Below are positions 19,802 through 28,883 of a DNA stretch of 64,000 nucleotides, piece by piece. The stretch spans positions 224,001 to 288,000 of the forward strand of contig CAWCTR010000017.1 in assembly GCA_963798485.1 (NCBI GenBank). Reading direction: 5' to 3'. Under the pieces are notes generated by a model. It had not been told where the DNA came from and did not search any database. It saw only the letters and a program-made list of their open reading frames with translations. The stretch is from an uncultured delta proteobacterium. GTDB taxonomy: Bacteria > Desulfobacterota > Desulfomonilia > UBA1062. The position numbers and the translations under genes are program-made. Every line of letters begins with the position of its first letter. Position 1 is the first letter of the stretch.

Positions 19802-21703
19802 ATGCTTACCTATTTCCGCAAACATTCCAAAGGCTGGCTTGCCTACACTGCCTTTGGGGCCATCATTGTTGTGTTCGTACTTTGGGGAGGCAGCTCTTAT
19901 CTATCACGTGAGGCGCGCATGATTGCCAAGATCAATAGGCACATCATCTCAGTAGAGCAATTCTCAAAGGCATATACCGACCAGTTAAAAAAGTATCAGG
20001 ATCGTTTCGGCGATGCCCTGACCCCGGAGATGATCAAGAAGCTTGATCTCAGGAAGACAGTACTGGACCAGCTCATAGATGATTATATTATTGAGATGGA
20101 TGCCAAAAAAATGGGCATCGAGGTTACGGACTCAGATCTCCAGCAAACCATTGCCCAGGTCCCTGCATTTAACAAGGACGGAAAGTTTGATGATGCTATC
20201 TACAGGAGGTATCTCGATTACGAACGCCTGACACCTGCTGACTTTGAGCTGAAGCTGAGCAAGGATATATTGAAGCAGCGTTTTGTGAACGTGCTCACCG
20301 AAAACGTCATAGTGCCAAGGTGTGAGATCGATGCAACATACCATTACATGAATGATACGTATGACCTGGCATATGTTGCCGTTGACTCCGCAACCTTTGC
20401 AAAGGATGTGCAGCTCAACACCAGCGAGATTCAGTCGTACTTCGATGCCAACAAGGATCGGTACAAGCTCCCGCCCAAGATCACCCTTGCCGCCATTGAA
20501 TATCCTGCTGCCCGCTATTTGGCGAGCACTCAGGTCACCAAGGAAGATGCCCTGGATTATTATGAAAGTCATAAAACCGAGTTCAGCGAGCCGGCCAAAT
20601 ATCATGTCCGTCAGATCCTCATTAAGATCCCCGAAGGAGCCGATGCCAATCTGATTGCACAGAAAGAACAGCTGATAAAGAAGATCTTGGCTGAGGCGAA
20701 TGCGGGTAAGGATTTTACCGCCCTGGCCGCACAATATTCCGAGGATGAGCAGACCGCCAAAAAAGGCGGAGATATGGGTACACTGCCACGTGAAGGATAT
20801 CCCCAGGGTGTGGGTGAGGTCCTCGAATCCATGAAACCGGGCATGGTGAAAGGGCCGGTAAGGTCTCCTCTGGGCATACATATTTTAAAGCTTGAGGGCA
20901 AGGAGGAGAAAAAGGCCATACCCTTTAAGAAGGTTGAAGCCACCGTGACGGATACCTTAAGGCTTCAACGGGCCAAGATGACTGCCCGTGCAGAAGCAGA
21001 AAAGGCATTCATGCAGCTTTATGAACAGTCAAAACCCGACCTCGATGCATTTGCCAAGGCAAATAACCTCCTTGTCAAGCATGCAGGGCCTTTCTCCGAG
21101 GGGCAGGATTCAGGACTCTCCATGAGTTCTGAGGCGGTAAAGAAGGCGTTTACCTTCCAGACAGGAGAGCTTGGCGAGGTTGCAAGCACCCCGGTAGGGT
21201 TCCTTATTTACATGGTAACCAAGAAGGAACCTTCCCGTATACCTGATCTGAAGGAAGTAGCGGACCGTGTTACGGCGGACATCAGGGCAAGGACCGCTGT
21301 TGAAAGGGCAAAGGAGTATGCAAAGAAGCTTGCTGCCGGATCACCCGAGCAGTTGAACGTCCAGAACCATGGAACAACAGGAGAGTTCACACGTGCAGCG
21401 TCTGCCGTGCCTAAGCTCTCCATGATACCCAAGATCGCAGATGATCTTGATTCGCTGAAAGGCCCCAAGGTCTTTGAGAATAAGGGCTCAATATACCTCG
21501 TATGGATGAAGTCCAAGAAGACGGCAGACATCAGGGCTATGGATAAGAAGCAAAATGATATGATCAAGAGGCAGCTCCTTATGAAAAAACAGGAAATGAC
21601 CCTCAAGTCCTACCTTGATCAGGCCAAGGATGAAAAGCAGGGATGGTATAAGGTAGTGAAGAATGAAGGTAATATGGAAGAAGGCGGCACAGGGGGCAGG
21701 TAG
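19802..21703 (+). CDS. ppiD: PpiD/SurA-family membrane-anchored peptidyl-prolyl isomerase chaperone
   Basis: N-terminal TM, SurA_N-like region and parvulin motif (HVRQILIK...DFTALAAQYSED...GGDMG). Confidence 0.85.
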   Translation: MLTYFRKHSKGWLAYTAFGAIIVVFVLWGGSSYLSREARMIAKINRHIISVEQFSKAYTDQLKKYQDRFGDALTPEMIKKLDLRKTVLDQLIDDYIIEMDAKKMGIEVTDSDLQQTIAQVPAFNKDGKFDDAIYRRYLDYERLTPADFELKLSKDILKQRFVNVLTENVIVPRCEIDATYHYMNDTYDLAYVAVDSATFAKDVQLNTSEIQSYFDANKDRYKLPPKITLAAIEYPAARYLASTQVTKEDALDYYESHKTEFSEPAKYHVRQILIKIPEGADANLIAQKEQLIKKILAEANAGKDFTALAAQYSEDEQTAKKGGDMGTLPREGYPQGVGEVLESMKPGMVKGPVRSPLGIHILKLEGKEEKKAIPFKKVEATVTDTLRLQRAKMTARAEAEKAFMQLYEQSKPDLDAFAKANNLLVKHAGPFSEGQDSGLSMSSEAVKKAFTFQTGELGEVASTPVGFLIYMVTKKEPSRIPDLKEVADRVTADIRARTAVERAKEYAKKLAAGSPEQLNVQNHGTTGEFTRAASAVPKLSMIPKIADDLDSLKGPKVFENKGSIYLVWMKSKKTADIRAMDKKQNDMIKRQLLMKKQEMTLKSYLDQAKDEKQGWYKVVKNEGNMEEGGTGGR

Positions 21704-21759
21704 AAGGGGCGCACACCTTCAGACTTCAACGAAGCTCATTAATCAGATAGGGAGATATA

Positions 21760-22026
21760 TCACTCTTTACTGTAGCGGCTTGCCAGGATCTCCCGTATGT
21801 CCGCTTCTTCTTGGGGAGTTACCTTGAGTCCGCGGGCCTTCATGCCATAGACGAGGCGGTCCCATTCTTTCAGGGGCCGTTTTTGCTGGTAGACCAGCGC
21901 AGATGGATGGCAGGTGGAGCACTTCTGCTCGATTATCTCGGGTTTACCCCAAGTGCATCCCAGGAATATAACCGGAATGATCATAAATATTGCCATCATC
22001 AAACTACATCCCTTTTGTGTTGTCAT
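21760..22026 (-). CDS. Small monoheme c-type cytochrome lipoprotein
   Basis: Lipobox FLGC, CSTCH heme motif and distal Met (W..LV..M). Confidence 0.7.
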   Translation of the reverse strand: MTTQKGCSLMMAIFMIIPVIFLGCTWGKPEIIEQKCSTCHPSALVYQQKRPLKEWDRLVYGMKARGLKVTPQEEADIREILASRYSKE

Positions 22027-22082
22027 CACACTTCCCCTATAACTTATCACTATTTTGATGAAAAGACCCGATAAACATCTTT

Positions 22083-22796
22083 ATGCAGACGATCTCTGTC
22101 CGATACTGCTTTATCTATAACAAGGGAAGGGAGGAGGTCTTTGATCTTGTAATTGATGCCCATGATCTCAGCCTGCTTGCTGACATACCTGAAACCCTGC
22201 CGGCATGGACCAAACTCGGGTTTCATCAATGCCCGCATTGTCCCCTGGAAACTCCGGGGCATCTCAGATGCCCGTTGGCGGCACATCTTGTTGATGTAGT
22301 GAGGTGTTTTGAAGGCCTGGTATCTTATGACAAGATCCAACTTACGGTAATAACCCTAGAGAGGACAGTATCCCAGGAGACAACGGCCCAGAGGGCCATC
22401 AGCTCTTTGATAGGCCTTATCAGTGCTACATCAGGCTGCCCGCATACCGTTTTTTTCAGGCCTATGGCAAGGTATCATCTGCCTCTGGCCAGCGAGGATG
22501 AGACCGTATACCGGGCCACATCCATGTACCTTCTGGCCCAATATTTCAAGAAGAAAGAGGGCCATGACCCGGATATCGAATTTAAGGGGCTCAAGGAATT
22601 ATATAAGAAGATCGAAATTGTGAACCAGAACATGGCAAAGCGATTGAAGGCCGCTTCGGATACTGATTCAACAGTGAACGCCATAATCTTTTTGGATTTA
22701 TATGCCAAGGCAGTACCCTTTGTTATCGAAGAGTCACTTGAGGATATTCACCACCTGTTTAAGCACTTTCTCGCCGAAGCCCCAAGGGTTAAATGA
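22083..22796 (+). CDS. Conserved hypothetical Cys-rich protein (DUF6901-like)
   Basis: WTKLGFHQCPHCPL...CP, SGCP and PMARYHLP motifs. Confidence 0.65.
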   Translation: MQTISVRYCFIYNKGREEVFDLVIDAHDLSLLADIPETLPAWTKLGFHQCPHCPLETPGHLRCPLAAHLVDVVRCFEGLVSYDKIQLTVITLERTVSQETTAQRAISSLIGLISATSGCPHTVFFRPMARYHLPLASEDETVYRATSMYLLAQYFKKKEGHDPDIEFKGLKELYKKIEIVNQNMAKRLKAASDTDSTVNAIIFLDLYAKAVPFVIEESLEDIHHLFKHFLAEAPRVK

Positions 22797-22797
22797 T

Positions 22798-23742
22798 TTA
22801 TTGGATAGTATCCAAGACTCTTCTTGCCTCAACGATCTTAGGCAGGTAGCGGTCCTTATCCAGGTCTTCGATCTTTATCTCCCGTGAGTGGGTTGACGAG
22901 GCATGAATGAATTGACCCTTTCCTATGTAAAGCCCCACGTGGTCTATATGCTGATGTTTCCTGCCGTGCATGTTGAAAAAGAGAAGGTCGCCAGGTTTCA
23001 GATCGTACAAGGAGACCTGTTTGCCTTCGAGGGCCTGATCCCTTGATGACCGGCCCAAAGAAATGCCGTTTTCACTGAATACCTGACGGACGAAACCTGA
23101 ACAATCAAACCCATCCGGTGTGGTCCCCCCATAGCGATAGGGAGTCCCAATGTAGCTATATGCCGATTCAAGGATCTTCAGCGTCTGTTCATCAAGCTCT
23201 CCATCATTTAAACCCTGTCTGGATTTATCTGGTGCATCCTTTGCGAGCTGGAGGTCAATAGGTTCGGTTGGCGTGAGCCCGGTGCGTGAAACAGCTTCGA
23301 TGGTATGATCCGGTTTTGAAGCCCTGGCGTGCCGGTGCTTTGCGTTCTCCCCGGAATGTTTGGCAAGGTTAATCTTATGATGGTGTTTATTGCCGGCAAC
23401 AACTGATTTACCCGCAGGCTTCTTTTTTGTGGCACATTTGGCTATATGTGCCTTCTTAGAGGATTGTCCGGCCTGTTTTTTATTGACTCGGTGCCGGTGG
23501 TGGGTCTTTTTTGTCTTAGCAGACCCTTTCTTGATTGCTTCTTCCTGAGAGGATGCAGCGTTTTTCGTACCGTCTTGCGGCTTCTGGAGCGTCTGTTCCG
23601 TGGCGGTTTTATTTTTGATGGTGACATCCGGTGATGCAAAGGTATTTGTCGTGCGTGCGAAGGCGACTTGTCCGGAACCTACCCCTATGATCCCCATGAC
23701 TATGAAGAACATAACTGGAGCGAGCAAGAACTTCCTCAGCAT
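22798..23742 (-). CDS. NlpC/P60 cell-wall endopeptidase
   Basis: Signal peptide, basic linker, GTPYRYGG...GFDCSG, HVGLY and FIHAS. Confidence 0.93.
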   Translation of the reverse strand: MLRKFLLAPVMFFIVMGIIGVGSGQVAFARTTNTFASPDVTIKNKTATEQTLQKPQDGTKNAASSQEEAIKKGSAKTKKTHHRHRVNKKQAGQSSKKAHIAKCATKKKPAGKSVVAGNKHHHKINLAKHSGENAKHRHARASKPDHTIEAVSRTGLTPTEPIDLQLAKDAPDKSRQGLNDGELDEQTLKILESAYSYIGTPYRYGGTTPDGFDCSGFVRQVFSENGISLGRSSRDQALEGKQVSLYDLKPGDLLFFNMHGRKHQHIDHVGLYIGKGQFIHASSTHSREIKIEDLDKDRYLPKIVEARRVLDTIQ

Positions 23743-24108
23743 AACAAACCCCCTCGTTCTCAGTTAAATAAATATTATCTCGGTCCTGAGTTCGGACCAC
23801 TGAAGTATTAATAGTAATTATTCTTTTAGCATCCATTATAGGGTATGTCAAGAATGAGGGTGAAAAGTATACTATTACAATAAGTTAAATCATATTTATC
23901 CCAAGGGCTTTCATGTAACCATCTGATTTTCTTAATACCACAAAAAATAGTCATGAAAGCTCACAAATAATTCGAAAAACAACCCAGTCCATTACTAAAT
24001 TGCATTATATCCCCTTATACTATTACCTTTATCTGCGTAACCTTTTTTTGGGGGGGAATATCCATTGACAAGGGGTTTGGGCGGGGAATATATCATGCTG
24101 CAAATATA

Positions 24109-24221
24109 GCCAAAAACCGTCCTTGAGATGGATAGGGGAGACCCGGTAACCGGGGCGTATTCTTGAACAAGATAGGGCACTTCCAGGTCCGAGCCCGTCA
24201 GCTAACTTCGTAGGCCTTTGG
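24109..24221 (+). ncRNA. c-di-AMP (ydaO/yuaA) riboswitch
   Basis: GGGGAGACCC...GGGGCGTATTC...TAGGG...CCGAGCCCGTCAGCTAACTTCGTAGGC resembles the ydaO consensus. It lies upstream of a KimA-like gene; TTGACA at 24065. Confidence 0.85.
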
Positions 24222-24319
24222 AAGGATATTATTATGGATGATGATAGTAGTTGTAATCTCCCTGTTCGGGACCTGACCGGCGGTATTTCATGTTAGTGAA
24301 ATTCTCAAGGTAGCATCCG

Positions 24320-26302
24320 ATGCCCTCGAACAATCTCAATGACCTTAACCCCTTGCAGCGGATAAAACGGAAACTTATCGGGGAACCAAAGGATCTGAAA
24401 GAGGCATCCATCTTTCACAAGCTGAGCCTGGTTCCGCTCCTTGCATGGATTGGTCTGGGCGCGGACGGTCTTTCATCCTCCTCATACGGGCCTGAAGAGG
24501 CGTTCCGGGCACTTGGAAATCACACATACCTGGCACTGTTCCTCGCGCTTGCTACTGCGTTCACGGTTTTCGTGATCTCATATGCCTACTCCCACATCAT
24601 CGAGCACTTCCCGTACGGAGGCGGCGGGTATATAGTAGCCACCCATACAATAGGCCAGACCGCGGGTGTAGTCTCCGGGAGCGCCTTGCTCGTCGACTAT
24701 GTGCTCACCATCACCGTATCCCTCGCATCCTGCGGCGATGCCATCTTCAGCTTCCTCCCGGCACAATACCATATGTTAAAGGTTCCCTTCGTCGTTCTCC
24801 TCCTCATCTTCCTCGTTTTGATGAACCTCAGGGGGGTGAAGGAATCCGTCTCCGTACTTGTACCGATCTTCCTGATATTTCTTGCAACCCACGTGCTCTT
24901 GCTGGGTTACGGGATTGGGACCCACCTATCCAAGGCGGGTATTATAGCGCAGCAGCTCCATGGTGAAATCGCGACAGACATGCAGGCCATTGGCCTGGTC
25001 GGAGTCATGGCGATCTTCCTCAGGGCCTTTTCCATGGGTGGTGGGACTTACACAGGCATTGAGGCGGTCTCCAACAGCATGCAGGTTATACGTGAGCCCA
25101 AGGTGGGAAACGGCAAGCGTACCATGCTCTATATGGCGCTGTCCTTGGCCATTATGGCGGGTGGACTCATTGTATGCTACCTCTTCTTCGATATCAGGCC
25201 CACTCCGGGCCGGACCATGAACGCCATGCTGGCGGATGGGGTCTTCGGTGCATGGCCTTTGGGAGGAATCATCGCCTTGATTACGATATTCTCTGAAGGG
25301 GCGCTGCTCATGGTCGGCGCCCAGGCGGGGTTCATAGGCGGGCCGAGGATCATGGGCAACATGGCAATTGACCTGTGGTTCCCCAGGAGATTTGCCGCAC
25401 TTTCGGAACGCCTCACCATGCAGCATGGTGTCCTACTTATGGGGATATCATCACTTGCCCTGCTTCTCTATACCCATGGGTCAGTCTCTGCACTGGTGGT
25501 CATGTATTCTATCAACGTGTTTCTCACCTTCTCGCTCTCCCAGTACGGCATGATCAATTACTACCTGAAGAGGAGGAAGAAGGAGACATCATGGAAGCGG
25601 TACATCATGGTCCATCTCCTCGGGTTCATTTTGTGCTTAACAATCCTTATTGTCACCTTGGTGGTGAAGTTTGAAGAAGGCGGGTGGATGACATTGCTCA
25701 TCACCGGGTGTCTTATTACCTTGTGCTATATCATCCGCGGGCATTACCGGAACGTAAGAAAAGGGGCGCGCTCACTGGACGACATACTCATGGGTATGTA
25801 TCTGGAGGGCTCCAAGGTGAACACGGATCCGTGCAACTCCGAGGACATGACTGCCATTCTCCTCGTAGGGGGCTACAACGGATTCGGCCTGCACTCCTTC
25901 CTTTCCATATTGAGGATCTTTCCGAACGTGTACAAGAATTTCATCTTTGTCTCCATCGGCGAGATAGACTCGGGTTCTTTCAAGGGTGTTGAAGAAATGG
26001 AGGCGCTGAAGCACTCCGTTGAAGACGGATTGAAGAAATACGTGAATCTTGCCCGCAAGCTCGGGTTCGCTGCGGATTACCGAGTGGATATCGGCATCGA
26101 TGTGGTCGAGACGGCCACCAGCCTCTGCCAGAGCGTTGCAGGTGAATATGCGCGTTCAACGGTTTTTGCAGGCCAGCTGATCTTCCAGAAGCAGAGCCTG
26201 TTCCAACGGTTTCTCCACAACGAGACGGCCTTTGCCATACAGCGCCGCCTCCAGTGGGAGGGCATCGCCATGATGATCCTGCCTATCCGGGTCATGATGT
26301 AA
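24320..26302 (+). CDS. kimA: KimA/YdaO-like APC-superfamily potassium transporter
   Basis: DGLSSSSYGPEE, YPYGGG-like FPYGGGGY and TGIEAVSN motifs; ~12 TM plus a C-terminal soluble domain. Confidence 0.85.
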   Translation: MPSNNLNDLNPLQRIKRKLIGEPKDLKEASIFHKLSLVPLLAWIGLGADGLSSSSYGPEEAFRALGNHTYLALFLALATAFTVFVISYAYSHIIEHFPYGGGGYIVATHTIGQTAGVVSGSALLVDYVLTITVSLASCGDAIFSFLPAQYHMLKVPFVVLLLIFLVLMNLRGVKESVSVLVPIFLIFLATHVLLLGYGIGTHLSKAGIIAQQLHGEIATDMQAIGLVGVMAIFLRAFSMGGGTYTGIEAVSNSMQVIREPKVGNGKRTMLYMALSLAIMAGGLIVCYLFFDIRPTPGRTMNAMLADGVFGAWPLGGIIALITIFSEGALLMVGAQAGFIGGPRIMGNMAIDLWFPRRFAALSERLTMQHGVLLMGISSLALLLYTHGSVSALVVMYSINVFLTFSLSQYGMINYYLKRRKKETSWKRYIMVHLLGFILCLTILIVTLVVKFEEGGWMTLLITGCLITLCYIIRGHYRNVRKGARSLDDILMGMYLEGSKVNTDPCNSEDMTAILLVGGYNGFGLHSFLSILRIFPNVYKNFIFVSIGEIDSGSFKGVEEMEALKHSVEDGLKKYVNLARKLGFAADYRVDIGIDVVETATSLCQSVAGEYARSTVFAGQLIFQKQSLFQRFLHNETAFAIQRRLQWEGIAMMILPIRVMM

Positions 26303-26319
26303 ATGACTAAAACAAGGAT

Positions 26320-26345
26320 GTAGGGGCAGGCCTAGTGCCTGCCCT
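26320..26345 (+). repeat. GTAG-type REP element
   Basis: GTAG-GGGCAGGC-CTAGT-GCCTGCCC-T between convergent genes. Confidence 0.65.
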
Positions 26346-26360
26346 TTACTATGTTCCCCT

Positions 26361-26957
26361 TCAGACTTTGGGGAAGTAGGTTGAGACAATACCCCTGACT
26401 TCCTGCAGCCACTTGCGCCGCTGGTCTACCGTGCTCGTGACGATGACGCTGAAGGTCCTGCGCTCGAACATCTGCACACCGCACAGGCCGAAGATACAAT
26501 TCTTCCACAGGGTTTCAAGTGGATCGCCAAAGACCCGGATCTCACGCTCAGCTTGGGTGTTTGAGGTGTTAAACACAAGGGCCGTTTTTGCCCTTAGGAG
26601 GCCGTTCGGAACCCCTTCGCCCAAGTCTCCCTCCTCGAATTCATACGACACCCCCGGCCGTAAAACCCGGTCGATCCACCCCTTAAGGATGGCGGGCGGC
26701 TGGCCCCACCAGTTGGGGTGGACCACGATAATACCGTCAGACTTTGCGATTTCATCGCAGTGCAGTGTGAGCTGCGGTGCCAATTGGGCATCTCTTGAGA
26801 TCTCATCAGAGGTAAGTATAGGGTCGAACCCTTCTTCATAGAGATCGTGAAAGATTACCTTGTGTCCATTCTCTTGAAGTTTGTCTATGGCAAATTCCGC
26901 AATGGCATGGTTAAAGCTCCCTGTGACGGGATGGGCCAGGATCACTGATACCTTCAT
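26361..26957 (-). CDS. Flavodoxin-fold NAD(P)H:quinone oxidoreductase
   Basis: ILAHPVTGSFN and HPNWWGQPPAILKGWIDRV motifs. Confidence 0.9.
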   Translation of the reverse strand: MKVSVILAHPVTGSFNHAIAEFAIDKLQENGHKVIFHDLYEEGFDPILTSDEISRDAQLAPQLTLHCDEIAKSDGIIVVHPNWWGQPPAILKGWIDRVLRPGVSYEFEEGDLGEGVPNGLLRAKTALVFNTSNTQAEREIRVFGDPLETLWKNCIFGLCGVQMFERRTFSVIVTSTVDQRRKWLQEVRGIVSTYFPKV

Positions 26958-26994
26958 GGCATATTCCTTTTGCGGTAAGGATTGATTATGCATA

Positions 26995-28134
26995 CTAATC
27001 CCTCAGGAGCTCCCGTGCAATGACCAGTCTCTGGATTTCAGACGTACCCTCATAGATAGTGGTGGCCCTGGCGTCCCGGTAGAGCCGCTCTACCTTGAAG
27101 TCTTTGATATAACCGTACCCGCCATGGATCTGCAGGGCGAGATATGCCGTCTTGTTCGCAGCCTCCGAGGCAAAGAGCTTTGCCATGGATGCCTCTTTCG
27201 TGAAAGGCACACCCTGGTCCTTTTTCCCGGCAGCAGAAAGGGAAAGGAGATGAGCCGCCTCGATGCCGGTTGCCATGTCGGCGATCATCCACTGGATTGC
27301 CTGGAACGACCCGATGGTGCGTCCGAATTGCTTGCGCTCCTTCGCATACCTGATGGCCTCATCCAGGCAGGCCCGTGCGATCCCGATGGCCTGGGAGGCA
27401 ATGCCGATGCGGCCGCTGTCCAGGGCAGACATGGCTATCTTGAACCCGATCCCTGTCTTTCCAATCAGGTTCTCTTTGGGCACCTTGCAGTCTTCAAAGA
27501 TGAGCTCCACCGTGTTGGATGCCCTCAGTCCCATCTTGTCTTCACGTGAACCGATGGAAAACCCTGGCGTGCCCTTCTCCACGATGATTGCCGAAAGACC
27601 CTTGCCGCCCTTTTCCTCTCCGGTCCTGACAATGAGGTTCACAACATCCGCATATGCGCCATGGGTGATGAAGATTTTAGTGCCATTGACAAGATAGTGA
27701 TTCCCCTTGTCCTCGGCCCTGATGCTCAGGCTTGCAGGGTCAGAGCCGGCCCCCGGTTCGGTAAGGGCAAAGCAGCCGAGCAGATCGCCCTGAGCGAGTC
27801 TTATGAGGTATTTTATCTTCTGGCCTTCATCGCCGAACTTGAGCAACGGCTCGGTGGAGAGGTTCGCCACCGACATGGTTACCGCCGTGGATGCACATGA
27901 ATAAGCAATCTCCTGGAGGGCCAGGCAGTAGCTGACAGCCCCGGCGGCTGCCCCGCCATACTCTGCCGGCACCATCATACCGAGCAGGCCGAGCCGGCCC
28001 ATCTTTTTTATCACATCCAAGGGGAAGATCTCCTCCTTGTCTCTTTTTGCAGCCAACGGCTCCAGCTCCTTCCTGGCAAAGTCCCTGGCCATGAGCCTGA
28101 CCATTTCCTGTTCTGCGCTGAGATTCAAAGGCAT
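26995..28134 (-). CDS. Short/branched-chain acyl-CoA dehydrogenase
   Basis: ALTEPGAGSD, RKQFG, QIHGGYGY and IYEGTSEIQR motifs. Confidence 0.95.
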   Translation of the reverse strand: MPLNLSAEQEMVRLMARDFARKELEPLAAKRDKEEIFPLDVIKKMGRLGLLGMMVPAEYGGAAAGAVSYCLALQEIAYSCASTAVTMSVANLSTEPLLKFGDEGQKIKYLIRLAQGDLLGCFALTEPGAGSDPASLSIRAEDKGNHYLVNGTKIFITHGAYADVVNLIVRTGEEKGGKGLSAIIVEKGTPGFSIGSREDKMGLRASNTVELIFEDCKVPKENLIGKTGIGFKIAMSALDSGRIGIASQAIGIARACLDEAIRYAKERKQFGRTIGSFQAIQWMIADMATGIEAAHLLSLSAAGKKDQGVPFTKEASMAKLFASEAANKTAYLALQIHGGYGYIKDFKVERLYRDARATTIYEGTSEIQRLVIARELLRD

Positions 28135-28143
28135 ATCCCCTCC

Positions 28144-28692
28144 TCAGGGAACGTAGATAACAACCAGGAGCTCGGCAACCACCTTTGTAGGGTTGCTGAG
28201 CTTGTGGTGCAAAGAGGAATTGAAATGGATGCTCCCGCCCTTCTTGAGCGTGGTAGTGTTCTGGCCTACCTGGATGGTCAGCCCGCCGTCCAGGACATAG
28301 ATGAATTCTTCCCCCTCGTGGTGGTATTCAACCCCCTTGTGCTCAGTGGCCGGATCGATAGTGACCCGGTATGCCCGCAGGTGTTTTTCCTCACCGGGCT
28401 GTGTCAGCGGTGCATAGGCGTAGGAGGCAACACGCTTTTTATGGCTTTTCGTACGCTTTTTTGAGGCCTGTTTTTCCTGAGGCCCCTGGAGTAGTTGCTC
28501 GATATCTATCTTGAAGGTTCGGCCAAGCTGGAGCACGAGGGCTACAGGAGGGGCAACATGACCTTCCTCGACCTCTTTCAGCAGTTCGATAGTGTAGCCT
28601 GTATCTTGTGAGAGGTCTTCCAGGCTGAGCCCCTTTTCCTCCCGCATGGTGCTGATTCTCTTGCCGAATGATTCTTCTTGCTTTCTGCTCAT
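28144..28692 (-). CDS. XRE-family regulator with cupin domain
   Basis: N-terminal HTH and HEGEEFIYVLDG. Confidence 0.9.
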   Translation of the reverse strand: MSRKQEESFGKRISTMREEKGLSLEDLSQDTGYTIELLKEVEEGHVAPPVALVLQLGRTFKIDIEQLLQGPQEKQASKKRTKSHKKRVASYAYAPLTQPGEEKHLRAYRVTIDPATEHKGVEYHHEGEEFIYVLDGGLTIQVGQNTTTLKKGGSIHFNSSLHHKLSNPTKVVAELLVVIYVP

Positions 28693-28883
28693 GCAACCCC
28701 CTGTGTGTATGCAATGCTCTCAGGCATCATGAGTATCAATTACGAATAAAGACATGATACCATAAGAACATAGCACAAGGACAGATATTAAGAGTGGTTA
28801 ATGATCTTATTATATTACATGCTCTCATACCCGAAACCAACCATGCCCGTGCCGGATTATTGAACATACATCACACCCATGTC

